Below are positions 11,387-19,015 of a stretch of DNA of 64,000 bases, piece after piece. Numbering within the stretch: position 1 is the stretch's first letter; each line of letters opens with the position of its first letter. The notes beneath the pieces were generated by a model. It saw only the letters and a program-made list of their open reading frames with translations. It was not told the origin of the DNA and searched no databases. The translations under genes and the position numbers were made by a program. The stretch is from an uncultured Gammaproteobacteria bacterium (GTDB lineage Bacteria > Patescibacteriota > Patescibacteriia > SG8-24): NCBI GenBank assembly GCA_964491475.1, contig CAZBFO010000003.1, positions 253,293 to 317,292 on the forward strand, given 5' to 3'.

Positions 11387-12041
11387 CCCTTTCGTCGCGC
11401 TGCTGTCCGATCTCGACGGCACATTGGTCGAGACGGAACGCGTCCTCTACGCCGCCTGGGTCGAGCTGGGCCGCAGGGCCGGCGTCGACTTCCGCACCAT
11501 GGACTACGCCAAGATCATCGGTCGTCCGGACCTGGATTGCTGCGCCATCGTGGCCGCGCATTTCGGCCTGGCACGCGATCCGGCGGCCTGGTATCAGGAG
11601 TATCGCGTCATTGCCCTCGGCATGATGGACAAGGATCTGGACCTGCGGCCGGGCGTGCATGCCTTCTTGGCGACTGCCGACGCGGCATGTTTGCCCGTCG
11701 CTCTCGTGACTTCCGCCACGACCGAGCATGCCCGCAAGGCGCTCGACAAGTACGGTCTCTTCGGGCGGTTCCGCGCGCACGTCACCGCAGACACGCCGGG
11801 ACTTAAGGCTCGTAAGCCGGACCCGTCGCCTTACCTGCTCGCGGCGGCATTGCTGGGCGTCGATCCCAGGCGGTGCGCGGCTTTCGAAGACTCGCCCGCA
11901 GGGGTGGCTTCGGCGCTAGCTGCCGGCTGTCGCGTCTACGCCATACCGCACGAGCATTCGCCCGCGTCAGGGCTGATGAAGGCACACGTGCTGCTCGGCA
12001 GCATCGATTGGTTCAATCCGAATGACCCGCTGTATCCGTAG
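11376..12041 (+). CDS. HAD-superfamily hydrolase (beta-phosphoglucomutase/phosphatase subfamily IA)
   Basis: Motif I LLSDLDGTLVETE, motif II VTSAT, and a C-terminal K…(F)EDS(P)AGV motif. Confidence 0.75.
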   Translation: MTASPFVALLSDLDGTLVETERVLYAAWVELGRRAGVDFRTMDYAKIIGRPDLDCCAIVAAHFGLARDPAAWYQEYRVIALGMMDKDLDLRPGVHAFLATADAACLPVALVTSATTEHARKALDKYGLFGRFRAHVTADTPGLKARKPDPSPYLLAAALLGVDPRRCAAFEDSPAGVASALAAGCRVYAIPHEHSPASGLMKAHVLLGSIDWFNPNDPLYP

Positions 12042-12048
12042 CGCTTAC

Positions 12049-12078
12049 GAACTTCCGCCGTGGAAGTTCTTTTTATTC
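12049..12078 (+). terminator. intrinsic terminator after the HAD hydrolase gene
   Basis: GAACTTCC-GCCG-TGGAAGTTC hairpin followed by TTTTTATT. Confidence 0.45.
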
Positions 12079-12104
12079 CGGCGGCGGCATCGCGTCTGCC
12101 CTTA

Positions 12105-12133
12105 TTGACTTTGCGGCCATTTTCGGGTGCAAT
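12105..12133 (+). promoter_or_regulatory. candidate promoter for the permease gene (-35 TTGACT, 17-nt spacer, -10 TGCAAT)
   Basis: Motifs at 12105-12110 and 12128-12133. AAGGAGG Shine-Dalgarno sequence precedes the ATG at 12189. Confidence 0.3.
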
Positions 12134-12188
12134 GCTCTCTTCGTCCTTTTCATCATGAACGTTGAGGCTGCTTAGCAAGGAGGTCTCG

Positions 12189-13490
12189 ATGCAAAAGCAA
12201 CGCAAGCTCTCGGTCCGACACTTGATCGCCGCCACCTACTTCATGGTGGCCGGCGGCCCCTACGGGCTCGAAGAGATGATCGGAGCTGCCGGCTACTACG
12301 GGGCGATCATCGCGCTCCTGGTGACGCCGGTCATCTGGAGCCTCCCCACCGCCCTCATGGTCAGCGAGCTTTCCAGCGCGCTGCCCGAAGAAGGCGGCTA
12401 CTACGCCTGGGTCAAGCGCGGGCTGGGTCCCTTTTGGGGGTTCCAGGAAGCCTGGCTGTCGCTGATGGCCAGCATCTTCGACATGGCCATTTACCCGACG
12501 CTGTTCGTGCTGTACCTCGGCAGGCTGTGGCCCGCCGTGGCCAGCGGTCCGAACGCCGTCCTGGCCGGCCTGGCGATGATCATCGCCTGCACGCTCTGGA
12601 ACATCCGCGGCTCGCGGGCAGTCGGCGCTTCGTCGGTGGTGATGACCGTGCTGCTGCTGGCGCCGTTTGCGGCACTGGCCGTCTACGGCTTCACCCGGCC
12701 TGCCGCCGCGTGCGCTCCGGAGACGAGGCCGTTCGACCTGACCTCCGCGCTGATGGTCGCCATGTGGAACTACATGGGTTGGGACAACGCCTCGACCGTC
12801 GCCGGCGAAGTGGAGCGTCCGCAGCGGACCTATCCTCTGGCGATGATCGGCACGGTAGTCCTGGTCGCCGTCACCTACGTCATTCCCGTCGCGGCCGTCG
12901 CTACCGTGGGCATTCCGCTCTCCGTTTGGACGACAGGCGCGTGGGCCGACGTCGGCGGCGCGCTTGCCGGCCGATGGCTGTCAGCGGCCGTGGTCATCGG
13001 CGGCATCGTCTGCGCCGTGGGCATGTTCAACGCCCTGGTGATGTCCTATACGCGCGTGCCGCCGGCCTTGGCCGCCGACGGCTTCCTGCCCAAGGCGTTT
13101 GCCAAGACCACCAAGGGTTCTGGCGCGCCGTGGGTGTCGATCATCGTCTGCGCCACCTGCTGGGCGGCCTGCCTCGGCATGGGCTTCTCCCGCCTGGTGG
13201 CGCTCGACGTGATGCTCTACGGCTTGAGCCTGCTGCTGGAGTTCGTAGCCCTGGTCGCCCTGCGCGTCCGCGAGCCGAACTTGGCACGACCGTTCAAAGT
13301 GTGGGGCGGATTGATTGGCGCGGCGTTGGCCGGCGTGGGCCCGATGGTCCTCATCGCCGTGGCGCTGTACCGCAACATGCACGAACGCATCGCCGGCATG
13401 AACGTCCTGCTGTTCGGTGCGCTGCTCGTTGCCGCCGGACCGCTGGTCTACGGCTTGAGCAAGGTGCTGAAGAAGTCGGACAAGAAGTGA
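12189..13490 (+). CDS. APC-superfamily amino acid/polyamine permease
   Basis: About 433 aa with roughly 12 hydrophobic spans. N-terminal region AATYFMVAGGPYGLEE…SELSSALPEEGGYYAWV is typical of APC transporters. Strong Shine-Dalgarno sequence AAGGAGG. Confidence 0.8.
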   Translation: MQKQRKLSVRHLIAATYFMVAGGPYGLEEMIGAAGYYGAIIALLVTPVIWSLPTALMVSELSSALPEEGGYYAWVKRGLGPFWGFQEAWLSLMASIFDMAIYPTLFVLYLGRLWPAVASGPNAVLAGLAMIIACTLWNIRGSRAVGASSVVMTVLLLAPFAALAVYGFTRPAAACAPETRPFDLTSALMVAMWNYMGWDNASTVAGEVERPQRTYPLAMIGTVVLVAVTYVIPVAAVATVGIPLSVWTTGAWADVGGALAGRWLSAAVVIGGIVCAVGMFNALVMSYTRVPPALAADGFLPKAFAKTTKGSGAPWVSIIVCATCWAACLGMGFSRLVALDVMLYGLSLLLEFVALVALRVREPNLARPFKVWGGLIGAALAGVGPMVLIAVALYRNMHERIAGMNVLLFGALLVAAGPLVYGLSKVLKKSDKK

Positions 13491-13504
13491 CTTACCGGCA
13501 AACA

Positions 13505-13538
13505 AAAACCCCGACCGTGCGGTCGGGGTTTTCTTTTT
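13505..13538 (+). terminator. intrinsic terminator after the permease gene
   Basis: CCCCGACCG-TGC-GGTCGGGG hairpin followed by TTTTCTTTTT. Confidence 0.6.
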
Positions 13539-13540
13539 GA

Positions 13541-13830
13541 GGGTCTGAAGTCCTGATCAGGCTTTTCGTTTACGACATGCGTGACTGTTTCCTGCTGAAT
13601 CTTCGGGACCGTGCGTCCCTTCTTGTCAGATGACTCTCATTGAACTCTTGGCTTCAGGCCGAGCGCAGCATGGCGCGTCAGCGGAAGCGGGGCGGGGAGT
13701 GAAGATACTGGTCAGGCAAAACTTTTTACTCTGTCCTGCTGAATCTTCCGGACCTGTGCGTCCTACCGTTTAGGTCTCCCGCGCGCGAGGCACGAATTGC
13801 ACAAGACCTGAAGAATACCAGAAAACCGCC
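13541..13830. repeat. imperfect tandem duplication (about 75-150 bp units) between convergent genes; each unit contains a conserved small hairpin
   Basis: TGAAGTCCTGATCAGGC…GTTTCCTGCTGAATCTTCGGGACCGTGCGTCCC at 13545-13620 recurs as TGAAGATACTGGTCAGGC…CTGTCCTGCTGAATCTTCCGGACCTGTGCGTCC at 13700-13765. Both units carry a GGGAC/GTCCC or GGAC/GTCC stem. No ORF with a convincing start. Confidence 0.4.
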
Positions 13831-13882
13831 TGTTTGTCAACGGTTCCGGAGCTTTTTGGCCAAAATAAGGCTGTTTTTGCAC

Positions 13883-13911
13883 AAAAAAGCGCCCCGACGA
13901 TAGTCGAGGCG
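13883..13911 (-). terminator. intrinsic terminator for the minus-strand ctp gene
   Basis: The minus strand reads CGCCTCGAC-TATC-GTCGGGGCG followed by CTTTTTT (revcomp of 13883-13911). Confidence 0.5.
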
Positions 13912-13927
13912 TTGGCGTTTCGGTGAA

Positions 13928-15199
13928 TCACTTCCCCGTGGTGAGGTACTGCAGCGCGCGGCCCAGCTGCGTGTCCGCGCCTTTGGCGGCGTCCGCGGGA
14001 TCGGGCTTGACGATCTCGTCGGGCGTGATGCCCTTCTTGTGGATCGAGCGCCCGTTGGGGGTGAACCACAGGAACGAGACGATGATCAGCTCGGCGCCGT
14101 CCGGGAAGCGGACGACGCTTTGGCCGCAACCCTTGCCGTGGGTGGTCTCGCCGAAGACTCGGCCCTTGCCGTAGTCCTGCAGCGCGCCGGCCGTGATCTC
14201 GGAGGCGGAAGCGGAGTGGTTGTTCACCAGCACCGCCGCCGGAATGCCGGCGAAGGGCGCGTAGCCGCGGCAGAGCAACGGCTCGTCTTCCCTGCTGTCC
14301 TTGCGGCCGCCGAGGATGGTGAACGGTCCCTTGGGAATCCAGGCACAGGTGATGAAGCCGGCGACGTCCAGGCGTCCGCCACCGTCATCGCGCAGGTCCA
14401 GGATGATGCCCTTCGCATTGGCCTTGAGCGTGGCGTCGATGGCGTCCTGGAAAAGTCGGCGCGTGTCGTCGGCGAACTGCTCGACGGCGATATAGGCGAC
14501 GACCTTGCCGCCGGAGTTGATCATCCGCCATTTGACCGAAGGCGTGTCGATTTGCGCCCTTTCCAGATGGAAGATGATCGGGTTGTTGGCGGCGCCAGGG
14601 CGCTGGACGGTGACCTTGACCTTGGTTCCGGCGGCACCGCGGATGCGTTTGATGGTCGCCTCGGCCTCCTCGCCCTCGGTGGGCTTGTCGTCGACGGCGA
14701 CCACGATGTCACCGGCCTTGATGCCCGCCTTTTCGGCAGGGGAGCCGCTCATGGTCCCAGTGACCTTGAGCGTGCCGTCCTTGCCGTCGAGCTTCATGCC
14801 GACGCCGACGAAGTGGCCGGAACGCGATTCCTGCGATGCCTTGGCCTCCTTGGGATCCAAGAAGTGCGTGTAGGGATCGTTCAGCGCCTTCACCATGCCC
14901 TTCAAGGCGCCGTAGTACAGCTCCTTGTCGGTGGCATCGCTGGTGATGTGGATCTTGCGGATGAGCTTGTACAGCTCGCGCAGGTCCGTGGTGTCGGCGA
15001 ACGGCGGGATGTCCGAGAGCGGGACCGGCTTGGTGCCGTCGAGCTTCTGCAGGTCCTCGTCGGAGGTGGGCGGGATGACCCGCACCGTGGTCTTGCCCTG
15101 CTGCGGCAGGACGGGCTGGCGGGGGCCTCCCGTGGGAGTTCGCGTGCAGCCCGCGAGCACCATCAGGAGGATGGCGAGAAACGGTTTGAAAGACTTCAC
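13928..15199 (-). CDS. ctpA: carboxyl-terminal processing protease (peptidase S41, CtpA-like), lipoprotein-type signal
   Basis: N-terminus MKSFKPFLAILLMVLAGC is a lipobox. PDZ region GVGMKLDGKDGTLKVTGTMSGSPAEKAGIKAGD. S41 catalytic region ILDLRDDGGG…ASASEI. Confidence 0.8.
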   Translation of the reverse strand: MKSFKPFLAILLMVLAGCTRTPTGGPRQPVLPQQGKTTVRVIPPTSDEDLQKLDGTKPVPLSDIPPFADTTDLRELYKLIRKIHITSDATDKELYYGALKGMVKALNDPYTHFLDPKEAKASQESRSGHFVGVGMKLDGKDGTLKVTGTMSGSPAEKAGIKAGDIVVAVDDKPTEGEEAEATIKRIRGAAGTKVKVTVQRPGAANNPIIFHLERAQIDTPSVKWRMINSGGKVVAYIAVEQFADDTRRLFQDAIDATLKANAKGIILDLRDDGGGRLDVAGFITCAWIPKGPFTILGGRKDSREDEPLLCRGYAPFAGIPAAVLVNNHSASASEITAGALQDYGKGRVFGETTHGKGCGQSVVRFPDGAELIIVSFLWFTPNGRSIHKKGITPDEIVKPDPADAAKGADTQLGRALQYLTTGK

Positions 15200-15309
15200 G
15201 AGAACTCCGTTGCGTATGAGGGGCGTGAGAAATGAGCTGTATCGAGCTTGCTATGGGTGCCGGGCTTTGTCAAACAAAAATCCCCCGACGTGCATCGGGG
15301 GGAGGGGTG

Positions 15310-16509
15310 CTAGCGGCCGCCGGAAAGGTAGTCGATAGCTCGCTGGAGCTGGGCATCCTTGCCCTTTGCACGGTCTTCGGAGTCGTTGACGACCGTTTCG
15401 TCGGGCGTGATGCCGGTCTTGTTGATGGACCGGCCGTTGGGCGTGAACCACAGGAAGGAGGTCAGGGCAAGCTTGGCGCCGTCGGGGAAGCCGATGATGT
15501 CCTGGCCGCAGCCCTTGCCGTAGCTCTTCTCGCCGATCAGCCGCGCGTGCGCCATGTCTTGGAGCGCGCCGGCCGTGATTTCGGAGGCGGAGGCCGAGCC
15601 CTTGTTGATCAGGACCACCGTGGGCATGTCACGCAACGGTGCTCTGCCTCTGCAGCTGTACGTCTCACGCGCGCCATTCACGCGTTCCGTGATGAGAAAC
15701 GGTTGGTGCGAAATCCAGTTGCAGGATACCGCTTCGGCGGCGCCGAGGTAGCCGCCCGGGTCGTTGCGCAGGTCCAGGATGATGCCTGCGCCGCCCGCGT
15801 CGACGGCTTCCTTGGCCGCCTGGTCGAACAGCTCACCGGTGTCGTCATGAAAGCCGGTGACGGTCACGTGGAGCATGTGTTTGCCGTTGCCCGACCGAAC
15901 GGTCTTCCAGCGGACCGACTTCACCGTGACGGTGTCGCGGATGACGCGGAACTCGCGGATGCCGTCGGAACCGTCGCGGTCGACGGTGAGGGTGATCGGA
16001 GTGCCTTTGGCACCGCGGACCTTGGCTACCACGTCGGACGGCTGCATGCCGTAGGTGTTCTCGCCGTTGACCGTCATGATGACGTCCCCGGCGAGAATGC
16101 CGGCCTTGGCTGCCGGGGAGCCGTCGATGGGCGCCACCACCAGCGGTCGGCCGTCCTTGTTGTCGAGTTCCACGCCGATGCCGGCGAAGTTGCCGGCCAT
16201 ATCCTCGTCGTTCTGCTTGGCAGACGCGGGGTCCATGAAATGGGAGAACGGGTCGTCCTTCATGGCCTCGACCATGCCGCGGATAGCGCCGTAGTACAGT
16301 TCGTCGTCCGTGACGGGCTTCCCGACATGCTTGGCGCGAATCTGCTTCATGGTCTCGACCATGTCGTAGGTGTTCCGCTCGAACGGCGGGGCGTAGACTT
16401 GGTCGCGGGTGGCGAGTTCGGCTCCGTGGAGCAGGCAGACTTTCGCCAAAATAAAAGACCAGACGACGAACGCGATTAGGAGGCGAAGACCTCGAATTGA
16501 CAGCTTCAT
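15310..16509 (-). CDS. second carboxyl-terminal processing protease (peptidase S41), tandem paralog
   Basis: Same architecture as ctpA (GIGVELDNKDGRPLVVAPIDGSPAAKAGI…ILDLRNDPGGYL…SASASEI). Start placed at the internal ATG (MKLSIRGLRLLIAFVV) with an upstream GGAG. Confidence 0.75.
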   Translation of the reverse strand: MKLSIRGLRLLIAFVVWSFILAKVCLLHGAELATRDQVYAPPFERNTYDMVETMKQIRAKHVGKPVTDDELYYGAIRGMVEAMKDDPFSHFMDPASAKQNDEDMAGNFAGIGVELDNKDGRPLVVAPIDGSPAAKAGILAGDVIMTVNGENTYGMQPSDVVAKVRGAKGTPITLTVDRDGSDGIREFRVIRDTVTVKSVRWKTVRSGNGKHMLHVTVTGFHDDTGELFDQAAKEAVDAGGAGIILDLRNDPGGYLGAAEAVSCNWISHQPFLITERVNGARETYSCRGRAPLRDMPTVVLINKGSASASEITAGALQDMAHARLIGEKSYGKGCGQDIIGFPDGAKLALTSFLWFTPNGRSINKTGITPDETVVNDSEDRAKGKDAQLQRAIDYLSGGR

Positions 16510-16666
16510 CGGGAATCTCCAGTTTCTTCGGTAGAAAGGACGTCGGTCAGACCTCACCACAAAAGAGGGCCTTGGTCAATCCTGACGGCCTCGCACTCTT
16601 GATTTTTCGGCCAAATGTGCTACGGTCGCGGCAGGTTCGCTCACAACGCAAGTAAAGGAGAGAAGG

Positions 16667-18034
16667 ATGTCTTCATCTTCGTATGACGTGGTCATTGTCG
16701 GCGGCGGCGTCACCGGTACGGCGGCGCTGTACGCGCTTTCGCGATACAGCAACCTCAAGCGCATCCTGATGGTCGAGCGCCGTCACAATGTGGCGCAGGT
16801 CAACAGCAACGTGGTCAACAACAGCCAGACGCTGCACACGGGAGACATCGAGACCAACTACAGTCTCGAAGCTGCCCTCAAGGTGCGAGCTGGCGCCGAC
16901 CTGGTCGCCGGTTTCGTCGACAACTACGCATCCGACATCTGCCTGCGCATCCACAAGATGGTGCTGGGGGTGGGGGAGCAGGAAGTGCAGAGCCTCAAGG
17001 ACCGGCACAGGGAGTTCGCGGAGCAGTTCCCGGACCTTCGTCTGCTAGGCCGCGAGGAGCTGATCGACGTGGAGCCCATGACCGTCGTCGACCGCAAGGC
17101 GGACGAACCGGTTATTGCCCTGCATACTCACCGGGGGTATGCCGTGGACTACCGGCGGCTGTCCGAGTCGTTCGTGCGTATGGCCAAGGGCGGCGAAGCG
17201 CACATCGACTTCTGCTTCCACCTGGCGGTCAGTGGCATCGAGCGGCGGGAAGGCGGCTTCGTCATCAAAATGGGCGGGGACGAGGTCTTTGCTCGGGCTG
17301 TCATTGTCGCTGCCGGATCGCCCAGCCTGATGTTCGCCCAGGCGCTCGGCTACGGAAGGGAATACGCCATCCTGCCGGTGGCCGGGAGCTTCTACCTCTC
17401 CCGCAACCTTCTCAAGGGCAAGGTCTATACCGTTCAGAACCCGAAGATTCCCTTTGCTGCCGTCCACGGCGATCCCGCCGTCTACGACAGCAAGGAGACG
17501 CGGTTCGGCCCCACGGCGCGGCCCATGCCCCTGCTGGAACGTCACCACTACGCCACCTTCATGGAGTTCATGCGCACCGGCACGGCCACCCCACGCGGCA
17601 TCATCGCCGCCTTGCGGGTGGCAGGCGATTGGGACATCGCCAAGTTCCTCCTGCGGAACGCGGCCTACGACCTGCCCTACTTCGGGAAGCGCATCTTCCT
17701 GAAGGACGCCAAGAAGATTGTTCCGTCGCTGACCGCGGCGGACCTCACCCTCGATCGTGGCGCCGGCGGCATCCGCGGGCAACTGGTCGACAAGCGGGTC
17801 GGCAAGATCGCGCGGGGTCACGACAAGATCGTCGGCGAGGGCATCATTTTCATCATGGCGCCGTCGCCCGGGGCGTCGTATTGTCTCGGCAACGCCGTCG
17901 AGGATGCCCGCACGTTGGGCGCGTTCCTCGGTGACAGTTACCGCTTCGACGAAGAGGGGATGCGGCGCGACTTGGCCATCGATTCGGTGGCCGGACACGT
18001 CGGCATCGGCGCGGCGCGGACGATCACTCCGTAG
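16667..18034 (+). CDS. FAD-dependent oxidoreductase of the malate:quinone oxidoreductase (MQO) family
   Basis: GxGxxG dinucleotide fold DVVIVGGGVTGTAAL. ERRHNVAQVNSNVVNNSQTLHTGDIETNY parallels MQO [41 protein letters not shown] Shine-Dalgarno sequence. Shorter than typical MQO. Confidence 0.55.
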   Translation: MSSSSYDVVIVGGGVTGTAALYALSRYSNLKRILMVERRHNVAQVNSNVVNNSQTLHTGDIETNYSLEAALKVRAGADLVAGFVDNYASDICLRIHKMVLGVGEQEVQSLKDRHREFAEQFPDLRLLGREELIDVEPMTVVDRKADEPVIALHTHRGYAVDYRRLSESFVRMAKGGEAHIDFCFHLAVSGIERREGGFVIKMGGDEVFARAVIVAAGSPSLMFAQALGYGREYAILPVAGSFYLSRNLLKGKVYTVQNPKIPFAAVHGDPAVYDSKETRFGPTARPMPLLERHHYATFMEFMRTGTATPRGIIAALRVAGDWDIAKFLLRNAAYDLPYFGKRIFLKDAKKIVPSLTAADLTLDRGAGGIRGQLVDKRVGKIARGHDKIVGEGIIFIMAPSPGASYCLGNAVEDARTLGAFLGDSYRFDEEGMRRDLAIDSVAGHVGIGAARTITP

Positions 18035-18039
18035 CACAC

Positions 18040-18240
18040 GTCGTCCTGTACATCTGCAGGACGATTTTTTATTTTCGCAAATGCTGTATACATTTTTTGT
18101 TCAATTAAATGCTTTAAAACATTGCGATATATTTTAAGCATTAAAAAAAGTATTCAGCATTTTTCCCTGCGGGTGATGGGGGAGTGGCAGACGCGGGCCG
18201 AAACGTTTTGCCGAAACGCAAATGCGTGTTACGCTCCGCG
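18040..18240. other. strongly A+T-rich intergenic island in an otherwise high-G+C region
   Basis: Sequence such as GATTTTTTATTTTCGCAAATGCTGTATACATTTTTTGTTCAATTAAATGCTTTAAAACATTGCGATATATTTTAAGCATTAAAAAAAGTATTCAGCATTTTT. Contains a TGTATACA palindrome and reiterated (A)GCATT motifs. The downstream gene and the giant-gene leader are also lower in G+C. Confidence 0.6.
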
Positions 18241-18241
18241 C

Positions 18242-18841
18242 ATGATTGCTTCACGCGCAAAAATCACGCAGTTTCTCGGCCAGATATTGCCGTCGTTGGC
18301 GGTGCTTACTTTGGCCATTTTTTCCGCTTACGCGATGACGCAGCAATCGTTGCGCATGAGCGCCAATGATCCGCAGATTCAGCTGGCCGAAGACGTGTCT
18401 GCGGCGCTTGGCAGCGGAAAAAATCCCACCGATTTTTTCGGTGATTTGGCCACGGTGAATCTCGATAAAAGCTTGGCGACTTTCGTGGTGATTTACGATG
18501 CGCAAGGGCGCGCGCTGGCCTCGAATGCCAGCTTGTTCGGCTCGATGCCCAAGCTGCCGAAAGGCGTTCTCGATGCGGCCAAAATCGGCGGGCAAAATCG
18601 CGTTACCTGGCAGCCGAAACCGGGCCTGCGTTTTGCCACGGTGGTCGTTTCGTACGTGCAGCCCGGCGGCGATGCCGGCTTCGTGGTGGCGGGAAGGTCG
18701 TTGCGCGAGGTCGAAAAACGGTATGCGAATCTCGCCTGGATTTCTTTCGCGACCTGGGCGGCGGGCGCAGCATTTTTGCTCCTGTTTTTCGGATGGCTGT
18801 ATCCGCTATACATTGCGATGAGGTTGTCAAACAAACTGTGA
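18242..18841 (+). CDS. hypothetical membrane protein (N- and C-terminal transmembrane segments)
   Basis: MIASRAKITQFLGQILPSLAVLTLAIFSAYAM… with a C-terminal WAAGAAFLLLFFGWLYPLY. Visibly lower G+C than flanking genes. Start uncertain. Confidence 0.45.
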   Translation: MIASRAKITQFLGQILPSLAVLTLAIFSAYAMTQQSLRMSANDPQIQLAEDVSAALGSGKNPTDFFGDLATVNLDKSLATFVVIYDAQGRALASNASLFGSMPKLPKGVLDAAKIGGQNRVTWQPKPGLRFATVVVSYVQPGGDAGFVVAGRSLREVEKRYANLAWISFATWAAGAAFLLLFFGWLYPLYIAMRLSNKL

Positions 18842-18955
18842 ACTGATTGAGGATAACTGTGCGTGGCTGTCAGCGCGAATGAAAGACGCGCTGATTTTTT
18901 GAGCGAAACGAGCATAATAAAATCAAGCATTTTACGGAGTAATCCACATCACCTT

Positions 18956-18985
18956 TTGGAGGTGGAAGGGGTCTTGCTCTATAAT
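18956..18985 (+). promoter_or_regulatory. candidate promoter of the giant surface-protein gene (-35 TTGGAG, 18-nt spacer, -10 TATAAT)
   Basis: TTGGAG at 18956-18961 and TATAAT at 18980-18985, about 30 nt upstream of the ATG at 19016. Confidence 0.35.
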
Positions 18986-19015
18986 AGGCGTGTACTCATT
19001 TTTCGCGCCAAGTTC

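Noticed and set aside
12434-13540. 368-aa alternative-frame ORF within the permease gene.
   Set aside because: Arg/Gly-rich out-of-frame artefact. The annotated frame encodes ~12 hydrophobic helices typical of APC transporters.
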